This document shows positions 1 through 8,592 of a stretch of 32,000 nt of DNA, piece after piece. Location of the stretch: NCBI GenBank assembly GCA_035504735.1, contig DATJRJ010000275.1, forward strand, positions 1 through 32,000, given 5' to 3'. A program made the translations under genes and the position numbers. Position 1 is the stretch's first letter. Each line of letters opens with the position of its first letter. Under the pieces are notes generated by a model. The model had not been told where the DNA came from. It did no database searches and saw only the letters and a program-made list of their open reading frames with translations. The stretch is from Candidatus Binataceae bacterium. Its GTDB lineage: Bacteria > Desulfobacterota > Binatia > Binatales > Binataceae.

Positions 1-762
1 CCGGAGCTGTCGCGGGAAGCGGCGCGGCTGCCGCGCCACGTCGCAATCGTGATGGACGGCAACGGGCGCTGGGCGCGGCAGCGGGGCCTGTCGCGCAGTG
101 AGGGGCATCGCCGCGGCAAGGATTCGGTGCGCGCGGTGGTCGACACCGCACTGGAGTTCGCCATCCCGAACCTCACGCTGTTCGTATTCTCGAACGAGAA
201 CTGGCTGCGGCCAAGCACCGAGGTGCGCTTTCTGATGCAGCTCGTGCATCGCTACCTGATGACCGAGACCAAGCGGCTGATGAAGCGCGGCATCCGGCTG
301 GTGGCGGTTGGTGATACCGCGCGCCTCCCGGCCGAGGTCCGCCGCGTGCTCGAGCAGGCGATCGCAGCCACTGCCGATAATTGCCGGATGACGGTCGCGC
401 TCGCGCTCTCCTACGGCGGTCGACAGGACATTATCGGAGCCGTCCGGCAGATTGCGCAATCGATCGCCGCGGGCACGCTCGGCGTCGATCAAATCGACGA
501 GCCGCTGCTCAAGGGTCACCTAGCGACAGCGGGACTGCCAGATCCGGATCTCCTGATCCGGACCTCGGGCGAGCAGCGGATTTCCAACTTCTTTCTCTAT
601 GAGCTGGCATATACCGAGCTTTATTTCACCGAGACCCTGTGGCCCGATTTCCGTGAACGCGAGTTTCTGCAGGCGCTGAGCGCCTACCAGGCGCGCGAGC
701 GGCGCTTCGGCACGCTCGACGGCAACGGCACCGCCGACCATCGCTTGCGTGCTGCGAACTAG
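1..762 (+). CDS. uppS: Undecaprenyl (isoprenyl) diphosphate synthase, 5'-partial. The frame is open from base 1.
   Basis: Frame 1 reads ...LPRHVAIVMDGNGRWA..., the UppS signature. It also has the RTSGEQRISNFFLYELAYTELYF and ERRFG motifs. The ORF-track Met at 49 is internal. Confidence 0.9.
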   Translation, partial: PELSREAARLPRHVAIVMDGNGRWARQRGLSRSEGHRRGKDSVRAVVDTALEFAIPNLTLFVFSNENWLRPSTEVRFLMQLVHRYLMTETKRLMKRGIRLVAVGDTARLPAEVRRVLEQAIAATADNCRMTVALALSYGGRQDIIGAVRQIAQSIAAGTLGVDQIDEPLLKGHLATAGLPDPDLLIRTSGEQRISNFFLYELAYTELYFTETLWPDFREREFLQALSAYQARERRFGTLDGNGTADHRLRAAN

Positions 763-1534
763 AGTCTGGACGGCGCTGGCAGTGCTGCCGGCGCTGCTAC
801 TGGCGATCATCTTCGCGCCCGACTGGCTGTTCACGGCGCTGATAGCGGTGCTTACCGGGCTTGCGCTTTTCGAGATCGGCAGCATGACTGACGTACGTGG
901 CCCGGGCCGACTCGCACTGTTGATCGCCGCTGCCCTGCTGCCGGCCGCCGCGGTCTTCCTGGCGCCCGAACGTTTCATACTCGTGCCCGAGTTCACCTTC
1001 ATCGGCACCGCCCTCATGATGTCGCTGATGCTGGTGCACGGGACGGAGAGCGCGCCCCGGGGCGCGACGCTCACCGGAATTGGCGCGGTTTATGTCGGCG
1101 CGCTGTTTCCCTTTTTCGCGTTGCTCCGAAACCATCCCGGCGGCATCGCGCTCACTATTCTGCTGCTGCTGGTGGTGGCGGCGACGGATAGCGCGGCTTA
1201 TTTCGTCGGGCGTGCGATCGGACGCATCAAGCTCGCTCCCCGAGTGAGTCCGAATAAGACCGTCGAGGGGGCGATCGGCGGGCTGCTTGCCGCGGTCGCC
1301 GCGGGCTTGGTGCTGCGGCCGATTCTGGTTCCGCGCTGGGACCTCGCCGCAATCGTGACGGTCTCGATCGCGATCAGCCTGCTCGCCCAGGTCGGCGATC
1401 TGATTGGATCAGCATTGAAGCGCGCCGCCGGAGTCAAGGACTCGGGATGGATTTTTCCGGGCCACGGTGGACTGATCGATCGCACCTGTAGCCTAGTCTT
1501 CGCAGCGGCATTCACTTACTATTATTCACGCTGA
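749..1534 (+). CDS. cdsA: Phosphatidate cytidylyltransferase (CDP-diglyceride synthase)
   Basis: Polytopic membrane protein with the CdsA C-terminal signature SPNKTVEGAIGG...GHGGLIDRTCS. GTG start overlaps the uppS end by 14 nt. uppS-cdsA adjacency is a classical arrangement. Confidence 0.85.
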   Translation: MLRTRVWTALAVLPALLLAIIFAPDWLFTALIAVLTGLALFEIGSMTDVRGPGRLALLIAAALLPAAAVFLAPERFILVPEFTFIGTALMMSLMLVHGTESAPRGATLTGIGAVYVGALFPFFALLRNHPGGIALTILLLLVVAATDSAAYFVGRAIGRIKLAPRVSPNKTVEGAIGGLLAAVAAGLVLRPILVPRWDLAAIVTVSIAISLLAQVGDLIGSALKRAAGVKDSGWIFPGHGGLIDRTCSLVFAAAFTYYYSR

Positions 1535-1572
1535 CGGTCTGCTCTCGCAGGCTTTGCTGCAGAGGCTTAAGA

Positions 1573-2946
1573 ATGCTGGTTTCAATCCTGTCTGCCGTAA
1601 TCATCCTGGGTATCCTGATTATCGTTCATGAGGCTGGTCATTTCGTAGTCGCCAAACGCCTGGGCGTCCGCGTGCTTCGCTTCTCGGTCGGCTATCCACC
1701 GAAGGTCTGGGGAATCCGGCTCGGCGAAACCGAATACGCCTTGGGTGCAACGCCCTTGGGCGGCTATGTACGGATGCTCGGCGACGAAGTCGGTGAGGAG
1801 ACCGGCAACGAAGATACCGAGGGCTTTCTGCGAGAGATCGTCCTTGATTTGCTGACCGCAAAAGACGGTGACGGTTTCGCGCTCAAGCAGGTTCAGCCGC
1901 GCGCTGACGAAATTCTCCTTCCCATCGCGGACCGCTTAGCCGTAGCGGGCAGCGAAGCGACGGCCGCGAATATCGCGCTCGCCGAATTCCATCGTCCATT
2001 GAAGCCCGAAGAGACGATGCTCTTGGACGAGCTCGTCCGCGCTCGCACGCTCGACGCGGCCATCAAGGCCCTCAGCGCGCGCCATCCGGAACGGCTGCTC
2101 GAGCGCTTCCGCTTGCGCGCCTTTCCGAGCCAGCGTCTGGCCAAGCGGATTGCGATCGTGATGGCCGGTCCGATGGCTAATATCTTGTTCGCACCGATCC
2201 TGCTGACTGCCATCGGGATGTACGGCGTGCCTCATCTGCTTCCGATCGTCGGCCAGATCCAGTCGGGGATGCCGGCCGCACAGGCCGGGCTCAAGACTGG
2301 CGACCGGATAATCGCGATGAACGGGAGCCCGGTTCATACCTGGATCGATCTTTCGACCAAGGTCAAAAGCAGCGATGGCAAGCCGCTCGAGTTCAACGTG
2401 GAACGGACCACGGCCGGTAAGGTGGATCATCTGACCTTCACCATCGCGCCCCGGCGAGAGGATGAGAAGAATCCTTATGGCGGCACAACCAAGCTCTGGA
2501 TAATCGGCGTGCTTCCGCGCGGCGACGAAGGTATCCAGCGGCTCGGACCGTTGCATGCCTTTTATTCCGGCTGCACCGACAGCGTAGGAATGGTCGGCGC
2601 GTTGGTGTCCGGAATCGCGCAGATCGTTGATGGCGCCACGCCGGTGCGGCAAGCGCTCGGCGGTCCCATCATGATTGCGCAAATGGCCGGGCGTGAAGCG
2701 CACGAGGGCCTGGCCAGCGTCGTGCTGTTCATGGTGATGCTCAGCCTCGAGCTCGGAATCATCAACCTGCTGCCAGTGCCGATGCTCGACGGCGGCCACC
2801 TGTTGTTTTTCGTTTGCGAAGGAATTCGTGGCAAGCCGCTCAAGTTGCGCCATCGGGAACTCGCATTGCAGGCCGGGCTCCTATTGCTGGTCGCCCTGAT
2901 GGCGTTCGTCATCTTCAATGACATCGCGCGACTCGTTCATAGCTGA
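1573..2946 (+). CDS. rseP: RIP (site-2) zinc metalloprotease, RseP/M50 family, with a single PDZ domain
   Basis: HEAGHF (HExxH) in TM1, PLGGYVRM, AGPMANILF, a PDZ-like GLKTGDRIIAMNG, and the C-terminal NLLPVPMLDGGH (LDG) motif. Confidence 0.9.
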   Translation: MLVSILSAVIILGILIIVHEAGHFVVAKRLGVRVLRFSVGYPPKVWGIRLGETEYALGATPLGGYVRMLGDEVGEETGNEDTEGFLREIVLDLLTAKDGDGFALKQVQPRADEILLPIADRLAVAGSEATAANIALAEFHRPLKPEETMLLDELVRARTLDAAIKALSARHPERLLERFRLRAFPSQRLAKRIAIVMAGPMANILFAPILLTAIGMYGVPHLLPIVGQIQSGMPAAQAGLKTGDRIIAMNGSPVHTWIDLSTKVKSSDGKPLEFNVERTTAGKVDHLTFTIAPRREDEKNPYGGTTKLWIIGVLPRGDEGIQRLGPLHAFYSGCTDSVGMVGALVSGIAQIVDGATPVRQALGGPIMIAQMAGREAHEGLASVVLFMVMLSLELGIINLLPVPMLDGGHLLFFVCEGIRGKPLKLRHRELALQAGLLLLVALMAFVIFNDIARLVHS

Positions 2947-3757
2947 TCGGCTGTTCGACGCAGGTGCGGGCGCAGGACCGATACTCGGCATAGATACCGG
3001 GTCGCGGGCCGCGGCGCTCGCAGTTATCTGCGCTGGCCGGGTGGTTGCCGAGCGGACGGCCAGCTCGTCGTCGCATTGCGCGGGGCTCCCCGGCCAGGTC
3101 GACGATCTGCTGAAATTCGCCGAGGTTTCGCTTTCCGATCTCCGTGGCTTCGCCGTCGGACTCGGCCCGGGCTCCTATACCGGCTTGCGGGTCGCGCTCG
3201 GCTATGTGAAAGGTCTGGCCGCAGTGCTTGAGATTCCAGTGGCCGGCGTACCGAGCCTCGACGCGATGGCCTACGCGGCGGCGGCACTCAAATCGGCGCC
3301 GGCCGGGAGCTTCGTATGCCCGGTTGTGGACGCCCGCAAACAAGAAATCTATACAGCCCTTTACCGGGTTGGCGCCGATGCGCTAGAGAAAATCATAGAA
3401 GATCTGGTGACTGAGCCCGAGCATCTTTGCCCCCCTATTAACGGCGACCTGCTGCTGGTCGGAGATGCGAAGGTGCAAGCTGCAGCATCTGTCCTTGATA
3501 CCAAAGATGGCCGGATCGGCGTGCTTGATGCTGACGGGATTGCGAGCCTGGGCCGGTTCGTGGCGGCGCTCGGCGCCGCGCGAATCGCGCGCGGGGAATC
3601 TGACTTGCTCGCGACCCTCGAGCCGCGTTACGTACGTCCGGTCGAGGCTACGTTCAGACCCGCGAAGGCGGGGCCCCCGACAGCCGGGGCGGAGGACTTA
3701 TGGAGGTCAGAGAAGAAGAGCTGGTTCGCCAACTTGCAGCCCACGACGAGGAACTAA
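2918..3757 (+). CDS. tsaB: tRNA t6A37 biosynthesis protein TsaB (YeaZ family)
   Basis: ILGIDTGS near the N-terminus, GPGSYTGLRVALGYVKGLA, and LEPRYVRP near the usual family C-terminus. ATG 2918 is the only canonical in-frame start. It overlaps rseP by 29 nt. The roughly 40 aa tail looks like unconserved read-through. Confidence 0.8.
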   Translation: MTSRDSFIADRLFDAGAGAGPILGIDTGSRAAALAVICAGRVVAERTASSSSHCAGLPGQVDDLLKFAEVSLSDLRGFAVGLGPGSYTGLRVALGYVKGLAAVLEIPVAGVPSLDAMAYAAAALKSAPAGSFVCPVVDARKQEIYTALYRVGADALEKIIEDLVTEPEHLCPPINGDLLLVGDAKVQAAASVLDTKDGRIGVLDADGIASLGRFVAALGAARIARGESDLLATLEPRYVRPVEATFRPAKAGPPTAGAEDLWRSEKKSWFANLQPTTRN

Positions 3758-3930
3758 GAGGGCTTTACGACGAACATCTGGAACTGAAACGCAAGCTCGA
3801 AGATTTTCGGCATAAGCTCTATCTGACAACGGAAGAGGAACTCGAAAAAAAACGGATTCAAAAACTGAAGCTCGCCTCCAAGGATCGCATGATGGCGATC
3901 GTCTGGCGCCATCAGCACGAGGCGCCATAG
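3700..3930 (+). CDS. DUF465 (YdcH-like) small coiled-coil protein
   Basis: 76 aa with LYDEHLELKRKLEDF...EEELEKKRIQKLKLASKDRMMAI, matching the DUF465 pattern (EH..L...I......E...LKK.KL.LKD.I). GGAGGA lies just upstream of the ATG. The gene is locally lower in GC and rich in Lys/Glu. Confidence 0.7.
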   Translation: MEVREEELVRQLAAHDEELRGLYDEHLELKRKLEDFRHKLYLTTEEELEKKRIQKLKLASKDRMMAIVWRHQHEAP

Positions 3931-3972
3931 CAGTTGCGGGTAGTCCGATGACGCGGGCCAAAATCCTTCAGA

Positions 3973-4506
3973 ATGCCAAGCCATACAATATCGGTTCTGG
4001 TTGAGAACGAATTCGGCGTGCTGGCCCGGGTCGCGGGTCTGTTTTCAAGCCGCGGCTACAATATCGAATCGCTGACGGTCAACGAGGATCCGCTCGATCC
4101 GACCGTCTCGCGGATTGTGCTGGTCACCTCGGGCGACGAGCAGATCCTCGAACAAATCAACAAACAGCTCAACAAGCTGGTCAGCGTCATCAAGATCGCC
4201 GACTTCAACGAGGTTGACATCCTTGAGCGCGAACTGGTGATGGTGCGAGTCGCCATCGATGAGCGTACGCGCTCGGAACTCGATGGAATCGTTAACGCCT
4301 TCCGCGCCCACGTCGTCGACATCGGCCCGCGCCAGGTGACCGTCGAGGTCACCGGCGACGAGGACAAGATCAAGGCGTTCATCGCCCTGGTCCGTCCCCT
4401 CGGCATCAAGGAAGTGGTGCGTTCGGGCAAGGTCGCGATGACCCGCTCGATCCAGCTCAATCCCGACCATCGCGGACGCCGCGAATCCAGCCAGGAGAAA
4501 ATCTAG
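3973..4506 (+). CDS. ilvN: Acetolactate synthase small (regulatory) subunit
   Basis: ACT-domain N-terminus [33 protein letters not shown], followed by the typical C-terminal ALS_ss_C half. It sits immediately upstream of ilvC. Confidence 0.9.
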   Translation: MPSHTISVLVENEFGVLARVAGLFSSRGYNIESLTVNEDPLDPTVSRIVLVTSGDEQILEQINKQLNKLVSVIKIADFNEVDILERELVMVRVAIDERTRSELDGIVNAFRAHVVDIGPRQVTVEVTGDEDKIKAFIALVRPLGIKEVVRSGKVAMTRSIQLNPDHRGRRESSQEKI

Positions 4507-4508
4507 CC

Positions 4509-5525
4509 ATGAAGGTTTATTACGACCGCGAAGCCGATCTGAGCGTCCTCAAGGGAAGGAAGATCGCGATTCTCGGGTTCGGCAGCCAGGGCCATGCCCA
4601 CGCGCTCAACCTGCGCGACAGCGGGATGGACGTGCGGGTCGGATTGCGCAAGGACAGCGCCTCCGCAGAGAAGGCCAGGAAACAGGGGCTCAGGGTGATG
4701 GATACTGCTGCTGCGGCGCGCGAGGCCGACATCGTAATGATGCTGGTGCCGGATGAGATGGGCGCCGAGATTTATGAACAGGAAGTCGCGCCCGCGCTCA
4801 CGGCCGGCAAGTACCTCGCCTTCGGCCACGGCTTCAATATCCATTTCAAGTTCATCAAGCCGGCCAAGGACGTCAATGTCTTCATGATCGCGCCCAAGGG
4901 ACCGGGACACCTGGTGCGGTCCGAGTATGTCAAGGGACGCGGCGTGCCGATGCTGCTGGCGGTCGAGCAGGATCCCTCGGGCGACACGGAGAAGATCGCC
5001 CTCGCCTACGGCGCGGCGATCGGCGGCGGCCGCGCGGCCCTGATTGAAACCAGTTTCCGCGAGGAGACAGAAACCGATCTCTTCGGCGAGCAATCGGTTC
5101 TGTGCGGCGGGCTGACCGAACTGATCCGGGCCGGTTACGAGACCCTGGTCGCTGCCGGTTACGCACCCGAGATGGCGTACTTTGAGTGTGTGCACGAGGT
5201 CAAGCTGATCGTCGACCTGATCTACGAGGGCGGTATCGCGAACATGCGCTACTCGATCAGCAACACCGCCGAGTACGGCGACATGACGCGCGGGCCGCAG
5301 GTCATCGGCCCGCAGGTGCGGGAAACGATGAAGCGGCTGCTCGCCGACATCCAGTCCGGCAAGTTCGCTAACGAGTGGATCGACGAGTATCGCAAAGGGC
5401 TTAAGAATTTCCGCCGGATGCGCGAAGAAGGCGCCAAGCATCCGCTGGAAGAAGTCGGTGGGCGGCTGCGCTCGTTCATGCCGTGGCTGCAGAGCGAACG
5501 GCTGGTCGATCGCTCGCGCAACTGA
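4509..5525 (+). CDS. ilvC: Ketol-acid reductoisomerase (class I)
   Basis: MKVYYD...[22 protein letters not shown] (NADP fold), MIAPKGPGH, and [20 protein letters not shown]. Confidence 0.95.
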   Translation: MKVYYDREADLSVLKGRKIAILGFGSQGHAHALNLRDSGMDVRVGLRKDSASAEKARKQGLRVMDTAAAAREADIVMMLVPDEMGAEIYEQEVAPALTAGKYLAFGHGFNIHFKFIKPAKDVNVFMIAPKGPGHLVRSEYVKGRGVPMLLAVEQDPSGDTEKIALAYGAAIGGGRAALIETSFREETETDLFGEQSVLCGGLTELIRAGYETLVAAGYAPEMAYFECVHEVKLIVDLIYEGGIANMRYSISNTAEYGDMTRGPQVIGPQVRETMKRLLADIQSGKFANEWIDEYRKGLKNFRRMREEGAKHPLEEVGGRLRSFMPWLQSERLVDRSRN

Positions 5526-5558
5526 CCGAGTCCCCGGAATATCACGGACATCGAGCGA

Positions 5559-6233
5559 TTGCGCCAACCCACGCGATGGTTTGATCGACCGGCCCGGCGA
5601 ATCGGAATCGCTGGCGAAGGCGCGATTCACGTTCTGATCCCGATCGCGCTCGCGGCTGCGGCGATCGTCTTCGGTGTCGATTGGCTTGCGATTATCTTGC
5701 TGGTCGTCGCGCTCGCGTTCGCGCTCTTCTTCCGCGATCCCGAACGTTTACCCGCGGGCGCTGACGGGGTGGTGCTCTCCGGCGCTGACGGCCGCGTCTG
5801 CGATCTCGGCGAAGGCTCGCCGCCCGGGCTTCCCGATCAAACCTTCAGGCGTGTTTCGGTCTTCATGTCGCCGCTGGACGTACATGTGAACCGCGCGCCG
5901 GTGGGCGGCGAGGTGCTGGCCGTGACGCATACGCCCGGCGAGTTCCACGCTGCTTATAGCGATGTCGCCAGCCAGCACAACGAACGCAATCTGGTCGTGA
6001 TACGCGATGCCGCCGATCGCCGTTATGTCTTCGTACAGGTGGCGGGCTACCTGGCGCGCCGGATTGTGTGCCGGGTCCGCCCGCAGGACCGTGTCTTTGC
6101 TGGCGACCGAATCGGACTTATCATGTTTGGTAGCCGCTTCGACCACTTCCTGCCGATGGATTATCAACTGACGGTCGCCATCGGCGACCGGGTCCGCGGA
6201 GGCGAGACCGTTATTGGAGAGCTGAAGCAATGA
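5559..6233 (+). CDS. psd: Phosphatidylserine decarboxylase proenzyme, short (archaetidylserine-decarboxylase-like) type
   Basis: VFMSPLDVHVNRAP, plus the self-cleavage-type MFGSRFD motif near the C-terminus. TTG start, so the exact start is uncertain. The stop overlaps the pssA ATG (ATGA). Confidence 0.85.
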   Translation: MRQPTRWFDRPARRIGIAGEGAIHVLIPIALAAAAIVFGVDWLAIILLVVALAFALFFRDPERLPAGADGVVLSGADGRVCDLGEGSPPGLPDQTFRRVSVFMSPLDVHVNRAPVGGEVLAVTHTPGEFHAAYSDVASQHNERNLVVIRDAADRRYVFVQVAGYLARRIVCRVRPQDRVFAGDRIGLIMFGSRFDHFLPMDYQLTVAIGDRVRGGETVIGELKQ

Positions 6234-7108
6234 ATAACCGTTACCGGCGCAATCCTCGCGCACGCGCAGCGCGCCTGCGTCTTATTTCGGAGTTGCGTGA
6301 TCGGCGCGAGAAGGTGGTCGCGCCGCTCAAGCGCGGAATTTTCCTGGTCCCCGTTACGATTACTTCCCTTGGCCTGCTCGCGGGCTTCTACTCCCTGATT
6401 TCCGCCATCAATGGCCATTTCGTCCGGGCGGCCGTGTTGATCGCCGTGGCATTTATTTGCGACGGCCTCGATGGTCGCGTCGCACGCCTGTCGCGCACCT
6501 CGAGCCTGTTCGGCGTCGAATACGACAGTCTTTCAGACGTGGTCGCCTTCGGCGTTGCGCCGGCGGTGCTCGCTTACACCTGGGCGCTGCGCCCGCTGGG
6601 CCTGGGAGGGGTGATTATCAGCGGGCTCTACGTGGTGTTCGCAGCCTTTCGCCTCGCGCGCTTCAATATCCAGACCGGCAGCGTCGACAAGCGCCGTTTC
6701 GTCGGGCTCCCGGTGCCCGGCGCCGCCGCGATGATCGCAGGCCTGGTCTTCGGCTACCATTATTTCTATATCGATGCGCCGCGGATGCTGGTCGCGGTGA
6801 TCGCGCCGGTCACGGCCGCGCTCGGTGTTCTGATGATTTCGCGGGTGCCGTACCCGAGTTTCAAATCGATCGACTTCTACCATCGCGCGCCACTTGCCGT
6901 TACCGCCGGCGTGATGGTGGTGCTGACCTGCCTGGTCGCGGTGCCCCAGGTGACGGCCTGTGTGCTCGCCACCGCTTATGTCCTCTCGGGTCCCTTTCTG
7001 ATGCTGGCGGGCGAACGGATGACCGCCAAGATGCCTGTGTTGAGGCCGAGCGAACCCGCGAGTCAGAAAGCTCGCGAGACGAGTCCGCTCGGCGGCCGGC
7101 AAGCTTAA
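6230..7108 (+). CDS. pssA: CDP-diacylglycerol--serine O-phosphatidyltransferase
   Basis: CDP-alcohol phosphotransferase motif CDGLDGRVARL...GVEYDSLSDVVAFGVAP and multiple TM segments. 4-nt ATGA overlap with psd. Confidence 0.9.
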   Translation: MNNRYRRNPRARAARLRLISELRDRREKVVAPLKRGIFLVPVTITSLGLLAGFYSLISAINGHFVRAAVLIAVAFICDGLDGRVARLSRTSSLFGVEYDSLSDVVAFGVAPAVLAYTWALRPLGLGGVIISGLYVVFAAFRLARFNIQTGSVDKRRFVGLPVPGAAAMIAGLVFGYHYFYIDAPRMLVAVIAPVTAALGVLMISRVPYPSFKSIDFYHRAPLAVTAGVMVVLTCLVAVPQVTACVLATAYVLSGPFLMLAGERMTAKMPVLRPSEPASQKARETSPLGGRQA

Positions 7109-7133
7109 GCTGATACGCCTCTCGCTTTATTGA

Positions 7134-8225
7134 TTAGGCCGCGTTCAGCAGGTGCGCGTGCTCGCCCTTCGAGACCGGCGCCAGCCGCGCGATTTCGCGC
7201 CAATGGTCGCCGCCGTCGTGACTCTCGTAGATTTCGCCCGCCGTGGTTGCGGCGAAAATTGAAAACGAGCGGCCCCACTCCTCGAGGCTCATTGCTTCGA
7301 GCGCTCCCTGCCATCGTTCGGGATCGGGTAATCCGTTACGCACCAGCTCCCAGGTCTGTCCGCCATCGCGCGAGCGCGTGATTCGGGCGCCGGCAAAACG
7401 ATGCTGCATCCAATAGAAGGGATTTTCCTTGGCACCACCCGCAAACATCACGTCAGGATTGCTCGGCTGATAGACCAGCGTATCGGGATAACCGCCCACA
7501 ATCGATTCGTGATTGGTGCGGCGCTCCCAGCTCTTTCCGCCATCGCGCGTTGCGTATATCCCCATCCCGATCACCGCCTGCATCCGTCGGCCGTCGCGCG
7601 GGTCGACATGCAGCCGATGGGCATCCTGGTCATATTCCGCATCGAAGCCGCCGAACTCCGACCAGCTCTCGCCGCCGTCGCTACTTTTCAGAACCCCGCC
7701 CTGCTCGATGCTCACGTATAGGGTTCTGGGATCGTCGGGCGCGAAGGTGATGTGCTTGACGTGCGCGAGGTGCGGCGGGGCCGGGAAGGTCCATGTCGGC
7801 ACGCTTGCGACCGATCTCATCTGCGGCAGCTCGCGCCACTTCAGCCCGTGATCGTCGCTGACGTAGAGATGAGCCGGCTCGGTGCCGGCGTAAAGGCGCA
7901 GCCGCCCATCGACGCGCACCGACGCGAGACTATAGACGTCAGGTTGATCGATTCCAGCGTCGCGACGCTCCCAGGTTTTGCCCGCATCGCGCGAGCACAT
8001 CACGGTGCCGTGAAATACTCCGGCAAAAATTAGACCCGGCTCTGGCTCGATGATCGAACTAATGTGGCTGCCGGCGAGCGCTCGCGCGCCGATCCGCCAG
8101 GCGGCCGCGGGATCTTCTGCCTCGCGCTCGATCGTGATGATTCCATCGATCGTCGCGACCATCACTTGTCTAGACGGCGCGGATGACGAGAACACCGAAC
8201 TACCGGCGTGGGATAGGGAAATCAT
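7134..8225 (-). CDS. BNR/Asp-box repeat beta-propeller protein (sialidase/Ycf48-like fold). No obvious signal peptide.
   Basis: Six Asp-box (SxDxGxxW) repeats: SRDAGKTWE, SDDHGLKWR, SSDGGESWS, TRDGGKSWE, SRDGGQTWE, SHDGGDHWR. GGAGGGA Shine-Dalgarno sequence upstream of the ATG. Confidence 0.8.
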   Translation of the reverse strand: MISLSHAGSSVFSSSAPSRQVMVATIDGIITIEREAEDPAAAWRIGARALAGSHISSIIEPEPGLIFAGVFHGTVMCSRDAGKTWERRDAGIDQPDVYSLASVRVDGRLRLYAGTEPAHLYVSDDHGLKWRELPQMRSVASVPTWTFPAPPHLAHVKHITFAPDDPRTLYVSIEQGGVLKSSDGGESWSEFGGFDAEYDQDAHRLHVDPRDGRRMQAVIGMGIYATRDGGKSWERRTNHESIVGGYPDTLVYQPSNPDVMFAGGAKENPFYWMQHRFAGARITRSRDGGQTWELVRNGLPDPERWQGALEAMSLEEWGRSFSIFAATTAGEIYESHDGGDHWREIARLAPVSKGEHAHLLNAA

Positions 8226-8348
8226 GGCTGGGTCCCTCCGTGGCCGACAAGCATTTGATCAGCAGATTGCCAGCTAGCGGCAAACACGAACATAGCACCA
8301 AAGTCGCGGCTGATGGTCAAGTTAAAGATCTCCGTCAAGCGGGGTGCC

Positions 8349-8378
8349 TTGACTGCCCTATTCGGTGCCCCCTAGAAT
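8349..8378 (+). promoter_or_regulatory. Sigma-70-type promoter candidate for the leuA leader
   Basis: TTGACT (8349-8354), an 18-nt spacer, then TAGAAT (8373-8378). Predicted TSS is about 8383-8387. Confidence 0.45.
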
Positions 8379-8469
8379 GCTCATGAGTATGCGGTCGATA
8401 CTGCTGACAACGCTCCTTACTCTGGGCCTTACCGAGGCCTGCGCCAAGGGCGTCGTCAAGCAGATCTGA
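8377..8469 (+). promoter_or_regulatory. Candidate Leu-rich leader peptide ORF. In-frame ATGs at 8377, 8383 and 8389; stop TGA at 8467-8469.
   Basis: Translation is M L M S M R S I L L T T L L T L G L T E A C A K G V V K Q I. Six Leu codons fall within ten codons (8401-8430). With the predicted TSS, the ATG at 8383 or 8389 would be leaderless or nearly so. The ORF is too short for the ORF track. Confidence 0.4.
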
Positions 8470-8491
8470 TCCGCTTGAAACTTTGAGACGA

Positions 8492-8538
8492 ACGCCCTGG
8501 GCGGTGGGCCGAACAAGCCGCCCGGGGCGTTTTCTTTT
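8492..8538 (+). terminator. Rho-independent terminator / attenuator hairpin upstream of leuA
   Basis: A 13-bp GC-rich stem: ACGCCCTGGGCGG (8492-8504) pairs with CCGCCCGGGGCGT (8518-8530), with one G-U pair. The loop is 13 nt. It is followed by TTTCTTTT (8531-8538), 55 nt before the leuA ATG. Confidence 0.65.
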
Positions 8539-8592
8539 GGGCGCGCTTGTGAATCCCACCGCGATGGACGTTCCGAGGAGGGAGAAGATCTG

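Noticed and set aside
4503-5630. Long antisense or out-of-frame ORFs throughout the window. Examples: 4503-5630(-) 375 aa, 8335-9519(-) 394 aa, 1936-2853(-) 305 aa, 28574-29650(+) 358 aa, 14423-15115(+), 17014-17676(-) and 6457-7113(+).
   Set aside because: Each lies entirely within a gene that carries strong family motifs on the other strand or in another frame. Their translations are Arg/Ala/Pro/Gly-rich low-complexity sequence, typical of shadow ORFs in high-GC DNA, and none shows a recognisable motif.
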